A stretch of 64,000 nt of DNA, taken from the NCBI GenBank assembly GCA_039189765.1, contig JBCCYL010000017.1, positions 29,102-93,101 of the forward strand. The letters run 5' to 3'. Position 1 is the first letter of the stretch; every line of letters begins with the position of its first letter. The translations under genes and the position numbers were made by a program. Source of the DNA: Cyanobacteria bacterium P01_F01_bin.150. GTDB taxonomy: Bacteria > Cyanobacteriota > Cyanobacteriia > CAKZMO01. The notes under the pieces were generated by a model that ran no database searches, was not told the origin of the DNA, and saw only the letters and a program-made list of their open reading frames with translations. Shown in pieces: positions 49,793-60,000 of this stretch.

Positions 49793-49948
49793 CCCAGCTC
49801 GTCCGGCTTGAACTTGATCCAGGCAAGAAAGTCGCTTTGGACGTTCAGTTGGGGTAACACAAAAAGGAGTTAGAGACTTGCCCGTTTTGAGCGCAGGGAA
49901 TGCGTTCAGCTACAAAAACAGCAATGTCCGGAACGAGGGACCTGGATT

Positions 49949-50149
49949 TCATAGGAGTCCATCTTCTTTCAGCTCTGCAATTAGTTCATCGTGGGAGGTC
50001 AGGGACTCATCCCGACGTTCGGCAACGATTGCCAAGTCCTCTAGGTCTTCGAGTAAGGCTTCAAACTCTGAGATGGGTAGGATAATCGAGCGCTTTTCAC
50101 CTGTTTCATCCGTAATGTATTGCAGGTGTAGGTTTTGTAACTTGAGCAT
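49949..50149 (-). CDS. putative antitoxin, toxin truncated
   Basis: QYITDETGEK..ILPISEFEALLEDLEDL. Confidence 0.7.
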   Translation of the reverse strand: MLKLQNLHLQYITDETGEKRSIILPISEFEALLEDLEDLAIVAERRDESLTSHDELIAELKEDGLL

Positions 50150-50478
50150 CGTCAGTATTCCTCATGACTGATTCGGATGGTATCGGTTGGCCCCAACTCC
50201 GGGCACATACTCAGAATGTAACACAGAGCGATAAATGTGTTCTATCGAAAAGGAGTGTAGGCAGGCGATACGTGCAATGCACAGGCAAGCCTTTCTTGAA
50301 TGTCCCAAGGGCTATACGCCTTTTCTATAACTCTTGTATAAAGAGGGTTTTGCTGAGGGCTAGGCAATCTCCTCCGGAAGGCGAAGCCTTTCTTGAATGC
50401 CCTTATGGCGATCGCATTTTGCCATTGGTGGTGGCAAAATGCGATCGCGTATCACGAAAAAAGTTACCAATCGAGCAT

Positions 50479-51048
50479 CTACTCGGTTAACCAACCAAAT
50501 ATCTCACCCACCGTTAGCTGAATCCTATTAGCAAACGTTGGCACAGGTAGTATCATCTCTGGCTGTTCAAACATTTGGACAGACTGGGGAGAATCGGAGA
50601 CAAACACACAGGATTCCTCTGGATCGAGTAACCATCCCATTTCTGTGCCATGTTCCAAACAATGAAAAATATTTCGAAGGACTTTAGTTTGGCTTTGTCC
50701 AGGGGATAAAATCTCGATAGTCCAGTTGGGATAACACAAAAAGGAGTTAGAGACTTGCCCGTTTTGATCGCGGGGAATGCGGTCAGCTACAAAAACAGCA
50801 ATGTCCGGAACGATGGATTTTCCCCCAAAGGTGCATCTTAGTTCGGGAAACGCCTGGGCAATTTTGTCTGGTTTGAATGTAACCGTCAAGGCAAAGGCTA
50901 ACTCTCGCTGTAAAATGCTGTGCTTTCCCTGTGGCATGGGTTTTTGCGTAATCTGTCCGTCACTATATTCGCTAGCGGGCTTTGTTTCTGGCTGTTTCAG
51001 GAACTCCTCTAGCGTCAACGGCTTTACGGGTGTCTGTACCATTGCCAT
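50479..51048 (-). CDS. Uma2 family protein
   Basis: PETKPASEY, PELRCTF, VPDIAV, IEILSP. Confidence 0.88.
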   Translation of the reverse strand: MAMVQTPVKPLTLEEFLKQPETKPASEYSDGQITQKPMPQGKHSILQRELAFALTVTFKPDKIAQAFPELRCTFGGKSIVPDIAVFVADRIPRDQNGQVSNSFLCYPNWTIEILSPGQSQTKVLRNIFHCLEHGTEMGWLLDPEESCVFVSDSPQSVQMFEQPEMILPVPTFANRIQLTVGEIFGWLTE

Positions 51049-51218
51049 ACCTCGCGCCTGTACTGAACGTATTTTAAGCGATCGATGCGTTGAATTGGTA
51101 TTAGGGCGATCGCTTCCTGGCATCATCATTGCATCAGGGCGATTGCGTTTTGCTATTGGTAGTGAGACGTGGGGCGATCGCCATCCAATCCATTTTGAAC
51201 TTGCAAGTCAACGTCCCG

Positions 51219-51443
51219 TTAGGTATCTAAACCATCACCCACGGCCACGTCCCAAACCAAAAACTCTTGTTGAAATTCTGGATCATTTGATTGATCCGTG
51301 TATGCTTCTGCTAGCCCTTTCATCCAATTTCTCCTCTGTTCTTGCCAAAGGACTGCATTGATAAAGCATCTGCGATCGCCAGCGAACTGATTGATAAGCT
51401 CTAGATTTTCATCATCTAACGTTATTCTAATTTTCTTACTCAT
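51219..51443 (-). CDS. MazE-like/RHH antitoxin, orphan
   Basis: KIRITLD N-terminus; WDVAVGDGL C-terminus. Confidence 0.7.
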   Translation of the reverse strand: MSKKIRITLDDENLELINQFAGDRRCFINAVLWQEQRRNWMKGLAEAYTDQSNDPEFQQEFLVWDVAVGDGLDT

Positions 51444-51456
51444 GCCTCAAAATTTT

Positions 51457-51672
51457 CTATTCCGCTGCCTTGGATTCCTGATAATCCAGAATTTTAGTAA
51501 ATAAGCTATCTACAGATTCTTGCTCAAAAAGATCGTCTTTTACGCTGAGATAGTTACCGCTACCAAGCTGACACGCTGCCCAAAATCGTGTTACTTCAGA
51601 GGGTTTCATATTGGCAAACAGCACTTCTAGCCCTTGCTGCACAATTTGTTGTTCACTTTTAACTTGGATCAC
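51457..51672 (-). CDS. small protein partnering the PIN gene
   Basis: Overlaps PIN stop; GSGNY motif; start uncertain. Confidence 0.6.
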   Translation of the reverse strand: MIQVKSEQQIVQQGLEVLFANMKPSEVTRFWAACQLGSGNYLSVKDDLFEQESVDSLFTKILDYQESKAAE

Positions 51673-52105
51673 TTTGCCCGACCTCCACAACAAAATCTAC
51701 AGGATTGACCACGCGCAATTCCAACTCTGAGCAACGGTTGATCAAACGCTTATCACACGTAATGAACCAGTCACTCTTAGCCGCTTCTGCACTTGCCACA
51801 TGAAGTGCGTCCATTGCTTTTACTCCATTATGCTCCAATTGTTTAGCCCTTTGTCGGATGCTTTCATCAATTTTTTGATTCACCTGAGCAGCTTGGAGCA
51901 AGCGAGACATCGCTCTCTGTTTGTTGGGATAAGGATTGCGACTGTTTTCATACGCCAATACAAATGAGCGTACCAACTCGACCAAACCATCTTCAATCAT
52001 CTGAAAGATCAAGGTTACAGCCTGCGATTCCAAGAAAATTTTAGGCTGACTTTGATCGTCAAACGGACGATTGTAGGCACTGGTATCTAGGTAAATTCTA
52101 ATCAT
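51659..52105 (-). CDS. PIN domain protein
   Basis: IYLDTSAYNRPFDD, DALHVASA, FITCD. Confidence 0.88.
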   Translation of the reverse strand: MIRIYLDTSAYNRPFDDQSQPKIFLESQAVTLIFQMIEDGLVELVRSFVLAYENSRNPYPNKQRAMSRLLQAAQVNQKIDESIRQRAKQLEHNGVKAMDALHVASAEAAKSDWFITCDKRLINRCSELELRVVNPVDFVVEVGQSDPS

Positions 52106-52373
52106 GCTGAAGCCCTTAAGGATAGAGCTATTGTACTTTTTCCCAAACCATCTCAATTGTGAGAATCCAGCGTTTTAACTGGAAGTGAGCGATCGCATCC
52201 TGTAATCATCCTTGCATCAGGGCGATCGCGTTTTGCTGTTGGTGATGTAGAGGGGGGCGATCGCTTCCTGTCATCATCATTGCATCAGGGCGATTTCCTA
52301 CGGAAGGCGAAGCTTTTCATGAATGCCCTCAGGACTATACGCGTTTTGTTATTGGTGATGTGGGTGGGGCGAG

Positions 52374-52658
52374 TTAATGTGAGGAAATCTCTTGGATAGC
52401 TGATTGTAGGACTGCATCATCTACCCCATGCCGCTTCAAACTGGCAATTAGAGCGGTCACCGTGTCTCCTTCCAAGCGCTCTAAATCTGCGCGGAGACCT
52501 TGACCAATATAGGCACGAGCTAGAGGTTGATACCCAGAAAAACCCAGAAGGGGAGCAATGCGCTTTAAGTCTTCAATGACATCTTCAGGCATCCGAATCG
52601 TCATGGTGGTCATGGGGCGATCGCGCTTCAGTCGCTTTTTGAGATGTTCAGCTTTCAT
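52374..52658 (-). CDS. antitoxin partner of BrnT-like toxin
   Basis: TIRMPEDVIEDLK..A...GYQPL RHH-like. Confidence 0.75.
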   Translation of the reverse strand: MKAEHLKKRLKRDRPMTTMTIRMPEDVIEDLKRIAPLLGFSGYQPLARAYIGQGLRADLERLEGDTVTALIASLKRHGVDDAVLQSAIQEISSH

Positions 52659-52944
52659 AGTATTCACGTTCCTTACGGGTGGCTTTCCGGGCTGAAATAA
52701 TACGGATAGTGTCGTCTTCCCGCTCTATGTAAATGACGAATAGAACGTTCCACCGTTTATCTAAGCCAATCACAGCATCGCGGGCTTCATCGTTGCGACT
52801 GGCATCTACAACAAGGAGAAGAGGATCAAAAAAGACTTCCGCTGCTTGCTGAAAGGTAATCCCATCATGTTTCAAGGGATTGGAACGAGCTTTTTCATCG
52901 TTCCAAACAAAGGTGATGCCGTTGAGTGCGAAAAATACATCCAT
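52648..52944 (-). CDS. BrnT family toxin
   Basis: FVWNDEKA..N..KH.GITF, IRIISARKAT..E. Confidence 0.88.
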   Translation of the reverse strand: MDVFFALNGITFVWNDEKARSNPLKHDGITFQQAAEVFFDPLLLVVDASRNDEARDAVIGLDKRWNVLFVIYIEREDDTIRIISARKATRKEREYYES

Positions 52945-53095
52945 ACAGCTTAGTTTAAAGACTTTGTATTTACAACGTCAATACGTTAGGGAGGATAATG
53001 TTGAATGTTGTGCCGAACGATAGCGTTTTGCGATTGATGGTGGGAAAGGAGCGATCGCCATCCAATCCATTTTGAACTTGCAAGTCAACGTCCCG

Positions 53096-53320
53096 TTAGG
53101 TATCTAAACCATCACTCACGGCCACGTCCCAAACCAAAAACTCTTGTTGAAATTCTGGATCATTTGATTGATCCGTGTATGCTTCTGCTAGCCCTTTCAT
53201 CAAATTTCTCTTCTTTTCTTGCCAAAGGACTGCATTGATAAAGCATCTGCGATCGCCAGCGAACTGATTGATAAGCTCTAGATTTTCATCATCTAGCATT
53301 ATTCTAATTTTCTTACTCAT
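53096..53320 (-). CDS. second copy of orphan antitoxin
   Basis: Near-identical to 51219-51443. Confidence 0.7.
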   Translation of the reverse strand: MSKKIRIMLDDENLELINQFAGDRRCFINAVLWQEKKRNLMKGLAEAYTDQSNDPEFQQEFLVWDVAVSDGLDT

Positions 53321-53333
53321 GCCTCAAAATTTT

Positions 53334-53550
53334 CTATTCCGCTGCCTTGGATTCCTGATAATCCAGAATTTTAGTAAATAAGCTATCTACAGATTCTTGC
53401 TCAAAAAGATCGTCTTTTACGCTGAGATAGTTGCCGCTACCAAGCTGACACGCTGCTCAAAATCGCGTTACTTCAGAGGGTTTCATATTGACAAACATTA
53501 CTTCTAGCCCTTGCTGCACAATTTGTTGTTCACTTTGAAATTGGATTACT
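53334..53550 (-). pseudogene. broken copy of 51457-51672
   Basis: TGG changed to TGA after VTRF. Confidence 0.65.
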
Positions 53551-53583
53551 TGCCCGACCTCCACAACAAATTCTAAATCCGAC

Positions 53584-54072
53584 TCATAGTGGTGATATTG
53601 AATTAAGAGATAGCTGATATGTATCAAAAAATGGAATTAAATCTAAATTAATTAGCTTACCTACTAACTCAATTTCTATATTCTTTAGATACCTGTAGTT
53701 CTGAGGGGGGTGAAACCCTACCCAACTTTTACGTATCTCTGTCAAGGAAACAGGGTAATCGAACAAATAAACATGTGAAAGGAAAATTCCGCAACCTAAT
53801 CGAGTACCTTTATAGTAAGAGCGAAATTCGGAATAGCTAATTCCAGAACAGCCTCTAACATCTCTCCATAGTTCTAACACTGGCTTCTGAATAACTTTCT
53901 CAACTTTTGCAAAACCTTTTAGAACTTTATCAGGAGAAGAGGAATAGATAATCATCAAATCCCCCCTATCAACTCTAGGCTTTTGCCTTCTTAGTTCAAC
54001 CTTCTTATCTCCATGGAAAATCTTCTCAACGTATTTAGGGTGAATAGATACAAGCAAAACCTCTACCGACAT
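53584..54072 (-). CDS. ASCH domain protein
   Basis: LVSIHPKYVEKIFHGDKKVELRR, IYSSSP, PPQNYRY. Confidence 0.88.
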   Translation of the reverse strand: MSVEVLLVSIHPKYVEKIFHGDKKVELRRQKPRVDRGDLMIIYSSSPDKVLKGFAKVEKVIQKPVLELWRDVRGCSGISYSEFRSYYKGTRLGCGIFLSHVYLFDYPVSLTEIRKSWVGFHPPQNYRYLKNIEIELVGKLINLDLIPFFDTYQLSLNSISPL

Positions 54073-54092
54073 AGACTCTCATGCCCCGTAGG

Positions 54093-56216
54093 TCAAGTGT
54101 ACTCTTCATTATATAGTATTTCAAACTGTTGAGGTGTAATCTTATAAGGTTGTAAAAGTGGAGCTTTGCAATTTAAGACTTGATGTATTCTATCGAGAGG
54201 GACTGGTGAAGGAAACATCTCTGTATCGCTAAATTTTATAGCCATAACAGATTGAGTCAGATCTCCAGCAGTTTTTTTAACATTATCAAAGGAGTAAACT
54301 CCTAGCCTTCTAAATTTCTTATATATTTCTTTTGGCGTATCAATTGTAATATCATCTAGCCGTGAGCATGCCCTAATAGACATGGTTCCGCTAGTTCTAT
54401 ATCTTTTAGAGTCGCCCTTACTCACATACCATAAAATTCTAGCTGGTGAGATGAGATTAATTGAGTTCTTGGCAGAACGATAATAAATCAGTTCACGCTT
54501 CAATGCTAGATCCTGTTTCAGGAAAAGAAGTTGTTTCGCTAGATCCTCATCAAATAATTGTTCCGCCCAGCTAGGCTTTATAGATAGAATATAGTTTACG
54601 ATTGGAGCATTGATGATCTTAAGTGGATAAAGATCTTTTTCAATATCAAATGAGATTTCGCTACTATGAGTCAGTACGTTGCCATCTATAAGATTGGCGA
54701 ACTGTAAAGGAATCTCTTGTGATTCTCCAGTAATCTGTCCAGCTATTTTTCGAAGTTTATCTGCAACCTTTTGAGAAGAGTATGCACCTTTTATCAGAAA
54801 TTTTAAGTAAATTTGCTCAGACTCCAAGAATATAAACCTATCATCTAACATTGCTTTAATAGTCAGATCAGGCAAATTCATATCACTGATTTGGACAATC
54901 ACCCTATTCTCTTGAGAAGCTATTCTGATTACATGAAGCAAGAGTAATCTTATCAAGGTTGCACTAAAATTACATCTTTCATTAATTCGTAGAAAAGAGA
55001 TATTTAGTCTAATTTTGTCCTCGAGGCTATAAACCAAAAAAGCAAGTGGAGTATCGGAATCTTCACCTACAGTGAAGCAATTATATTGATCAGGATTGGT
55101 TAGGAATTTTTGAAGTTTTTCTTTAAATCTTGATCTTTTTTCACCACTCCTATTATTTATGAAAGAATCTATAAGCTTCTTTTGAATCCCGGGTTTTACC
55201 AATTGTAGATTTAATTTTGTACTTCCTAAGCATACAGGATGATAATCTAATTCACGACGAACTTCATCTAGATGTAAAATCAGATCACTCGGTCGCAAGA
55301 TAGAGATTTTCAACTTTTCATAAATATTCCTCTCGTTAATATCCAAGATGCCTTGATCGCGAGTAATGAATATCTGCACATTAGATGAGATCGCTCTTGC
55401 TAAATGACGAATATCAGAGGCATCTTGCTCATCTTTAGGTATAGGAAGGATTTCTTGAAGAGCTTTGTAAGTATTGTCGAAAACTAGACTATCTTCATTT
55501 AAAATTAGGAAATTTTGAGCTTTAGACCTAAATTCCTCTCTCTGTCTCTTATCATTGATTCGATTCAAATCAGTAAATATTTCACTGGTTAAACACAACT
55601 CTACTTCTGAAAGAATCTCTGAAGATGCAAGTAATCCAGAATCTTCACTATTTCGTTGAGAGTCTTGAAGACGGCATAGATCTATGAAGATATTGGTGTC
55701 GATCGCTACAGGAATCTTATTGCCTATTGTCTTTTCATTTAGGATTGAGATAAGGTCAGGATGCCCATGTTTTAATTCCCAATTGGTTACTGGTATTCCC
55801 AACTGATTTCTACCCTGTTTATCAAATTTAGGGACAAATCCATGATGACTCCAAAATGAATCTAGTCCATAATCGCGACGACAGGCTAGTTTTATGCAAT
55901 ATAAAATTCGTGTTCGCTTTTTAAGTCTCTCAACTAAACTTGTAGCAATACCTTGTTTTCTAAATTTCCTTTTAATACATAAATGAAGAAGTCTTGCTTG
56001 GTTATCTTTAATAGAAAACATTAAAAAACCAATGCATTTATTCTGGTGAATAGCTACAAGAAGAAAACGTTTTGACACATAACGCTTTCGATCTTCCTCT
56101 CTTGGCAGCTCCCCTAGCTTATTTGAGTGTGTTCTCCATAACGCAAACACATCATTAATATATCCGCTGGTATGGTCAATCTCCTTAACTTCAAAGCCTC
56201 TAGGTAATTCACTCAT
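54093..56216 (-). CDS. GNAT-PIN multidomain protein with C-terminal ASCH/PUA-like region
   Basis: LCI...RKQGIA (GNAT); AIDTNIF, D..HLA, FITRD (PIN); SIKPSWAEQLFD, PARILWYVS. Confidence 0.82.
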   Translation of the reverse strand: MSELPRGFEVKEIDHTSGYINDVFALWRTHSNKLGELPREEDRKRYVSKRFLLVAIHQNKCIGFLMFSIKDNQARLLHLCIKRKFRKQGIATSLVERLKKRTRILYCIKLACRRDYGLDSFWSHHGFVPKFDKQGRNQLGIPVTNWELKHGHPDLISILNEKTIGNKIPVAIDTNIFIDLCRLQDSQRNSEDSGLLASSEILSEVELCLTSEIFTDLNRINDKRQREEFRSKAQNFLILNEDSLVFDNTYKALQEILPIPKDEQDASDIRHLARAISSNVQIFITRDQGILDINERNIYEKLKISILRPSDLILHLDEVRRELDYHPVCLGSTKLNLQLVKPGIQKKLIDSFINNRSGEKRSRFKEKLQKFLTNPDQYNCFTVGEDSDTPLAFLVYSLEDKIRLNISFLRINERCNFSATLIRLLLLHVIRIASQENRVIVQISDMNLPDLTIKAMLDDRFIFLESEQIYLKFLIKGAYSSQKVADKLRKIAGQITGESQEIPLQFANLIDGNVLTHSSEISFDIEKDLYPLKIINAPIVNYILSIKPSWAEQLFDEDLAKQLLFLKQDLALKRELIYYRSAKNSINLISPARILWYVSKGDSKRYRTSGTMSIRACSRLDDITIDTPKEIYKKFRRLGVYSFDNVKKTAGDLTQSVMAIKFSDTEMFPSPVPLDRIHQVLNCKAPLLQPYKITPQQFEILYNEEYT

Positions 56217-56303
56217 ATTGAATTATGGGGTCTCAAATTATTTCATCAATCCTAAATGTACTCAATTTATAGCAATATGCAAACTTGTTACTTACATCGT
56301 TAT

Positions 56304-56338
56304 AAAAAAGGTCGAGACAGACATCCTGCCTCGACCTT
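56304..56338 (-). terminator. intrinsic terminator
   Basis: AAGGTCGAG/CTCGACCTT stem with T-run on minus strand. Confidence 0.65.
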
Positions 56339-56408
56339 ATCTAGTTATTAGTGCCTATAGAGTCAGCCCCACAAACACCTAGCGGAAACAAACTTATTTG
56401 CAGACGCT

Positions 56409-56489
56409 TTAGAAGAAGTTCACGTCGGCGATCGCCCCACTCTTCGTAAGCATCACTTCCATCCAGCTAACATCGCTGATGCTGATATC
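56409..56489 (-). pseudogene. 3' remnant of a paralogue of the 40861-44874 C-terminal domain
   Basis: DISISDVSWMEVMLTKSGAIADVNFF* versus LGIANVAAMDVNFAKSGAIANLEY. Confidence 0.6.
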
Positions 56490-56922
56490 ACGGCAGACGT
56501 TCTGTCGCGCAGTACTAGATAACCGGAAACCTGTTTATTGGGGGCTGGCGTAGAAACCACATATCGCTTTTGTAGGATAGGCAGAACGAACGTAAAAGCT
56601 GTCACACCCGATACAGAATTGTAAAGATAGCATAAAGGTTTGAATTTCAGACGCGTCTCTTAACGAGGAGATAATCTCTAATTGCGATTCTTTTATAGAG
56701 TTACGTCAAAGCATTTTGTAATCGTACAAAGATGCCGCACGGGATGTGCGCGATGATATTGCCTTGAAGATTTTTAGGGCAGGTTTTTCGTGTGATTATT
56801 TGCAGTTGCGATCGCCATTATTGGGTCACTTATCTGTTCATTCGGCGTTTTGAGAGAAGAGCGATCGCAACAGTTTGCCGTGGAGTCTGAACTTGCCCCA
56901 GTGGACTTGTTCTGTGTCTTAA

Positions 56923-57008
56923 AAGGATTTGTTCTATTTGATCCTGCATTGCTGACAACCCTTCTAAGGATTTGTTCTATTTGATCCTGCATTGCTGACA
57001 ACCCTTCT
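56923..57008. repeat. perfect 43-bp tandem duplication
   Basis: AAGGATTTGTTCTATTTGATCCTGCATTGCTGACAACCCTTCT x2. Confidence 0.95.
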
Positions 57009-57067
57009 TTGGAGTCATCAGCAGGCTGTCCATTGTGAAATTTTGAAGTTTTTGGAGCGTTTAGAGA

Positions 57068-60000
57068 ATGGCAACAATACTTTCAGCAGGCGATATCGCC
57101 ATTGTTGGCTTTAACTTTGATAACCCTGATGAGCTTGCCTTTGTCCCGTTAGTTGATATCGCTTCTGGCACAGAGATTAGCTTTACGGATAATGGCTGGC
57201 AAGCGACGGGTAGCTTTAGAGCAACTGAAGGGACGTTTACGTGGATAGCACCGACAGATATTGCAGCCGGTACGGTCGTAAACCCAACGGTCAGTGGTGT
57301 GGCCTTTTCAGCCAGTGGTGATCAAATTCTTGCCTATCAAGGAGACGCTAGTAATCCCACATTTATTTATGCCCTCAACAGTGAAGGGCCTGGTGCTTGG
57401 CAGGCTGATGCCACTAGCTCCAATACCTCCGCCTTACCCACAGGGTTGGTGAATACTGAAACAGCCGTCGCGCTGAACGAAATTGATAATGCCATCTACA
57501 CAGGCATTACTTCTGGTACAACCGCTGAATTACTCACTGCCATCAGCGATAGCGCAAACTGGTCTGGCGATAACAGCAACAGACAGACGATGCCCACCGC
57601 CTCCTTTACGGTAACGGATGCTGGTGGCAATGGCGGCGGAACAACGTTGGCGATCGCCCCTGACACCACAGTGCAAGCAGAAGGCAACTCTGGCACCACC
57701 CCCTTTACCTTCACCGTCACTCGCTCTGGCGACACCAGTGGGGCGACATCGGTAAGCTACGCCGTTAGCGGTGATGCTGATGCCGCAGACTTTGGCGGAA
57801 CCCTGCCGTCTGGCACCGTCAACTTTGCTGATGGTGAGACCACTCAAACCATTACCCTGGACGTTTCTGCTGATACCGATTCTGAACCGGATGAAGACTT
57901 TACCGTCACAATCTCCAATCCAACTAACGGCGCAACCCTCACCGCTGCGGCTGCCGATGGCACTATCTTGAATGATGACGGTGTGGCGCTAACGTTGATT
58001 TCTGAGGTCCAGGGCAGCGGCGATGCCAGTCCACTGGTCGGCGATGAAGTGACGATCGAAGCGGTTGTTGTCGGCGATTTCCAAGACGGTGCTGCGGGGA
58101 CCAATGGGGACTTAAACGGATTCTTTGTCCAGGAAGAAACGGCAGACACCGATGCTGACCCCCTCACCTCTGAAGGTCTTTTCATTTTTGATGGCAGTAG
58201 TCCGAGCGTCGATGTCAATATTGGCGATGTGGTCCAAATTACGGGTACCGTGAGCGAGTTCTTTAATCAGACTCAAATTACGGCGTCCTCTGTTGTTATC
58301 CAATCGGGGTCTGCAACCATTGTCCCCACCAACATTGACCTGCCCACCGTATCCACAACAACGGATGATGAGGGTGAACTCCTTGCCGATCTGGAAGCCT
58401 ATGAAGGCATGTTGGTCACCTTCGGCGACACTCTCACCGTCGATGAATACTTCAACTACGATCGCTTTGGTGAAATTCGTCTTACAGAAGGCGATCGCCC
58501 CTACCAATTCACCCAGACGAACGACCCGAGTCAGGCGGGCTTCCAAGCCCATCTGGAAGATTTAGCAAAGCGTAGCATCGTCTTGGATGATGGCTTTACC
58601 ACTCAAAATCCTGAGGATTTACCCTACCCGGCACCGGGATTTGCTGACAATAATGCCTTCCGGGGTGGTGATACCGTGACTGGGCTGACAGGAGTTTTGA
58701 ACTATTCGTTTGACCAGTATCGGGTCCAGCCCACTCAAGATCCTGTTTTCATTAGCCAAAATCCTCGCCCATCTGGGCCAGATGATGTGGGCGGTCGCCT
58801 AACCGTTGCCAGCTTTAATGTGCTGAATTATTTCACCACCTTGGATGAAGGCGGCAACACCAGCGGCCCCAATAACCTGGGACCCAGAGGTGCGGATAGT
58901 CAGGCCGAATTCGATCGCCAACAGCAAAAATTGGTCACGGCGATCGCTGAACTGGATGCCGATATCTTAGGACTCGTAGAGCTTGAGAATACAGATATCG
59001 TTGGCGGTGAAGATGTCGTTTTGGAAAATTTGGTGAACGCCATCAACGCCCGTTTAGGCAGCACTGTTTACGATTACGTCCCCACTGGCTTTATTGGTGG
59101 CGACGCGATCAAAGTTGGCTACATCTACAAAACTGCAACGGCGCAACCGTCTGGAGATTTTGCCGTTCTCGATAGCTCTGTCGATCCCACCTTTGTGGAC
59201 GATCGCAACCGTCCGGCCCTGGCCCAAACCTTTGAAGAGGTAGCAACGGGTGAAAAGCTCACCCTTGCCGTCAACCATTTCAAGTCGAAAGGCCCTTCAG
59301 GGTTAAGCAATACCGCTGACCCCAACTTTGACCAAGGAGACGGTCAAGGATTCTGGAATGCCGTCCGAACGGATGCTGCTACAGCGTTAACGAACTGGTT
59401 GGCCACTGACCCCACCAATAGTGGCGACTCGGATTTCTTGATTTTGGGCGACCTAAATGCGTACGCCAATGAAGACCCCATCAAAGCGATTGAAGCCGCT
59501 GGTTATACGGATTTGGCTGAAGCATTTGCCAATGGCGAGGTGCCTTACTCCTTCCTATTCGATGGTCAGCTCGGAACCCTAGACTACGGTTTAGCCAACG
59601 AAAGTCTGCTCTCCCAAGTCACTGGAGTGACGGAATGGCACGTCAACGCAGACGAACCGGATGCCCTAGATTACAACCTGGATTTTGGTCGCGATCCAAG
59701 TCTGTTCAACGGCAATAATGAGTTTCGAAACTCCGACCACGATCCGCTCCTGATTGGATTGAATCTTGAAAGCGAGCCCACCTTCGATCCCTTCTTCTTT
59801 AGTGGCACGAAGGATAAAACGGTTGACGGTCTCACCTTTGGCAGTGAGGATATCGTTTTCTTTGATGGTGAAGCGTTCAGTATCGCCTTCGATGGCTCTG
59901 ATGTATTGCCTCGGAGAACGGCGCTTAGTGCCTTTGATGTCATTAGTGACACCGAAATCCTGATGTCCTTCACGAAGCCCGTTAAGCTGGACGGACTGGG

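Larger units (their letters stand above)
51174..51694. repeat. ~520-bp direct repeat copy 1 (copy 2 at 53051-53570)
   Basis: Near-identical sequence, both copies starting at a HIP1 site. Confidence 0.9.

Noticed and set aside
56659..56688. Pho box upstream of the ExeM nuclease
   Set aside because: Only one good and one weak repeat
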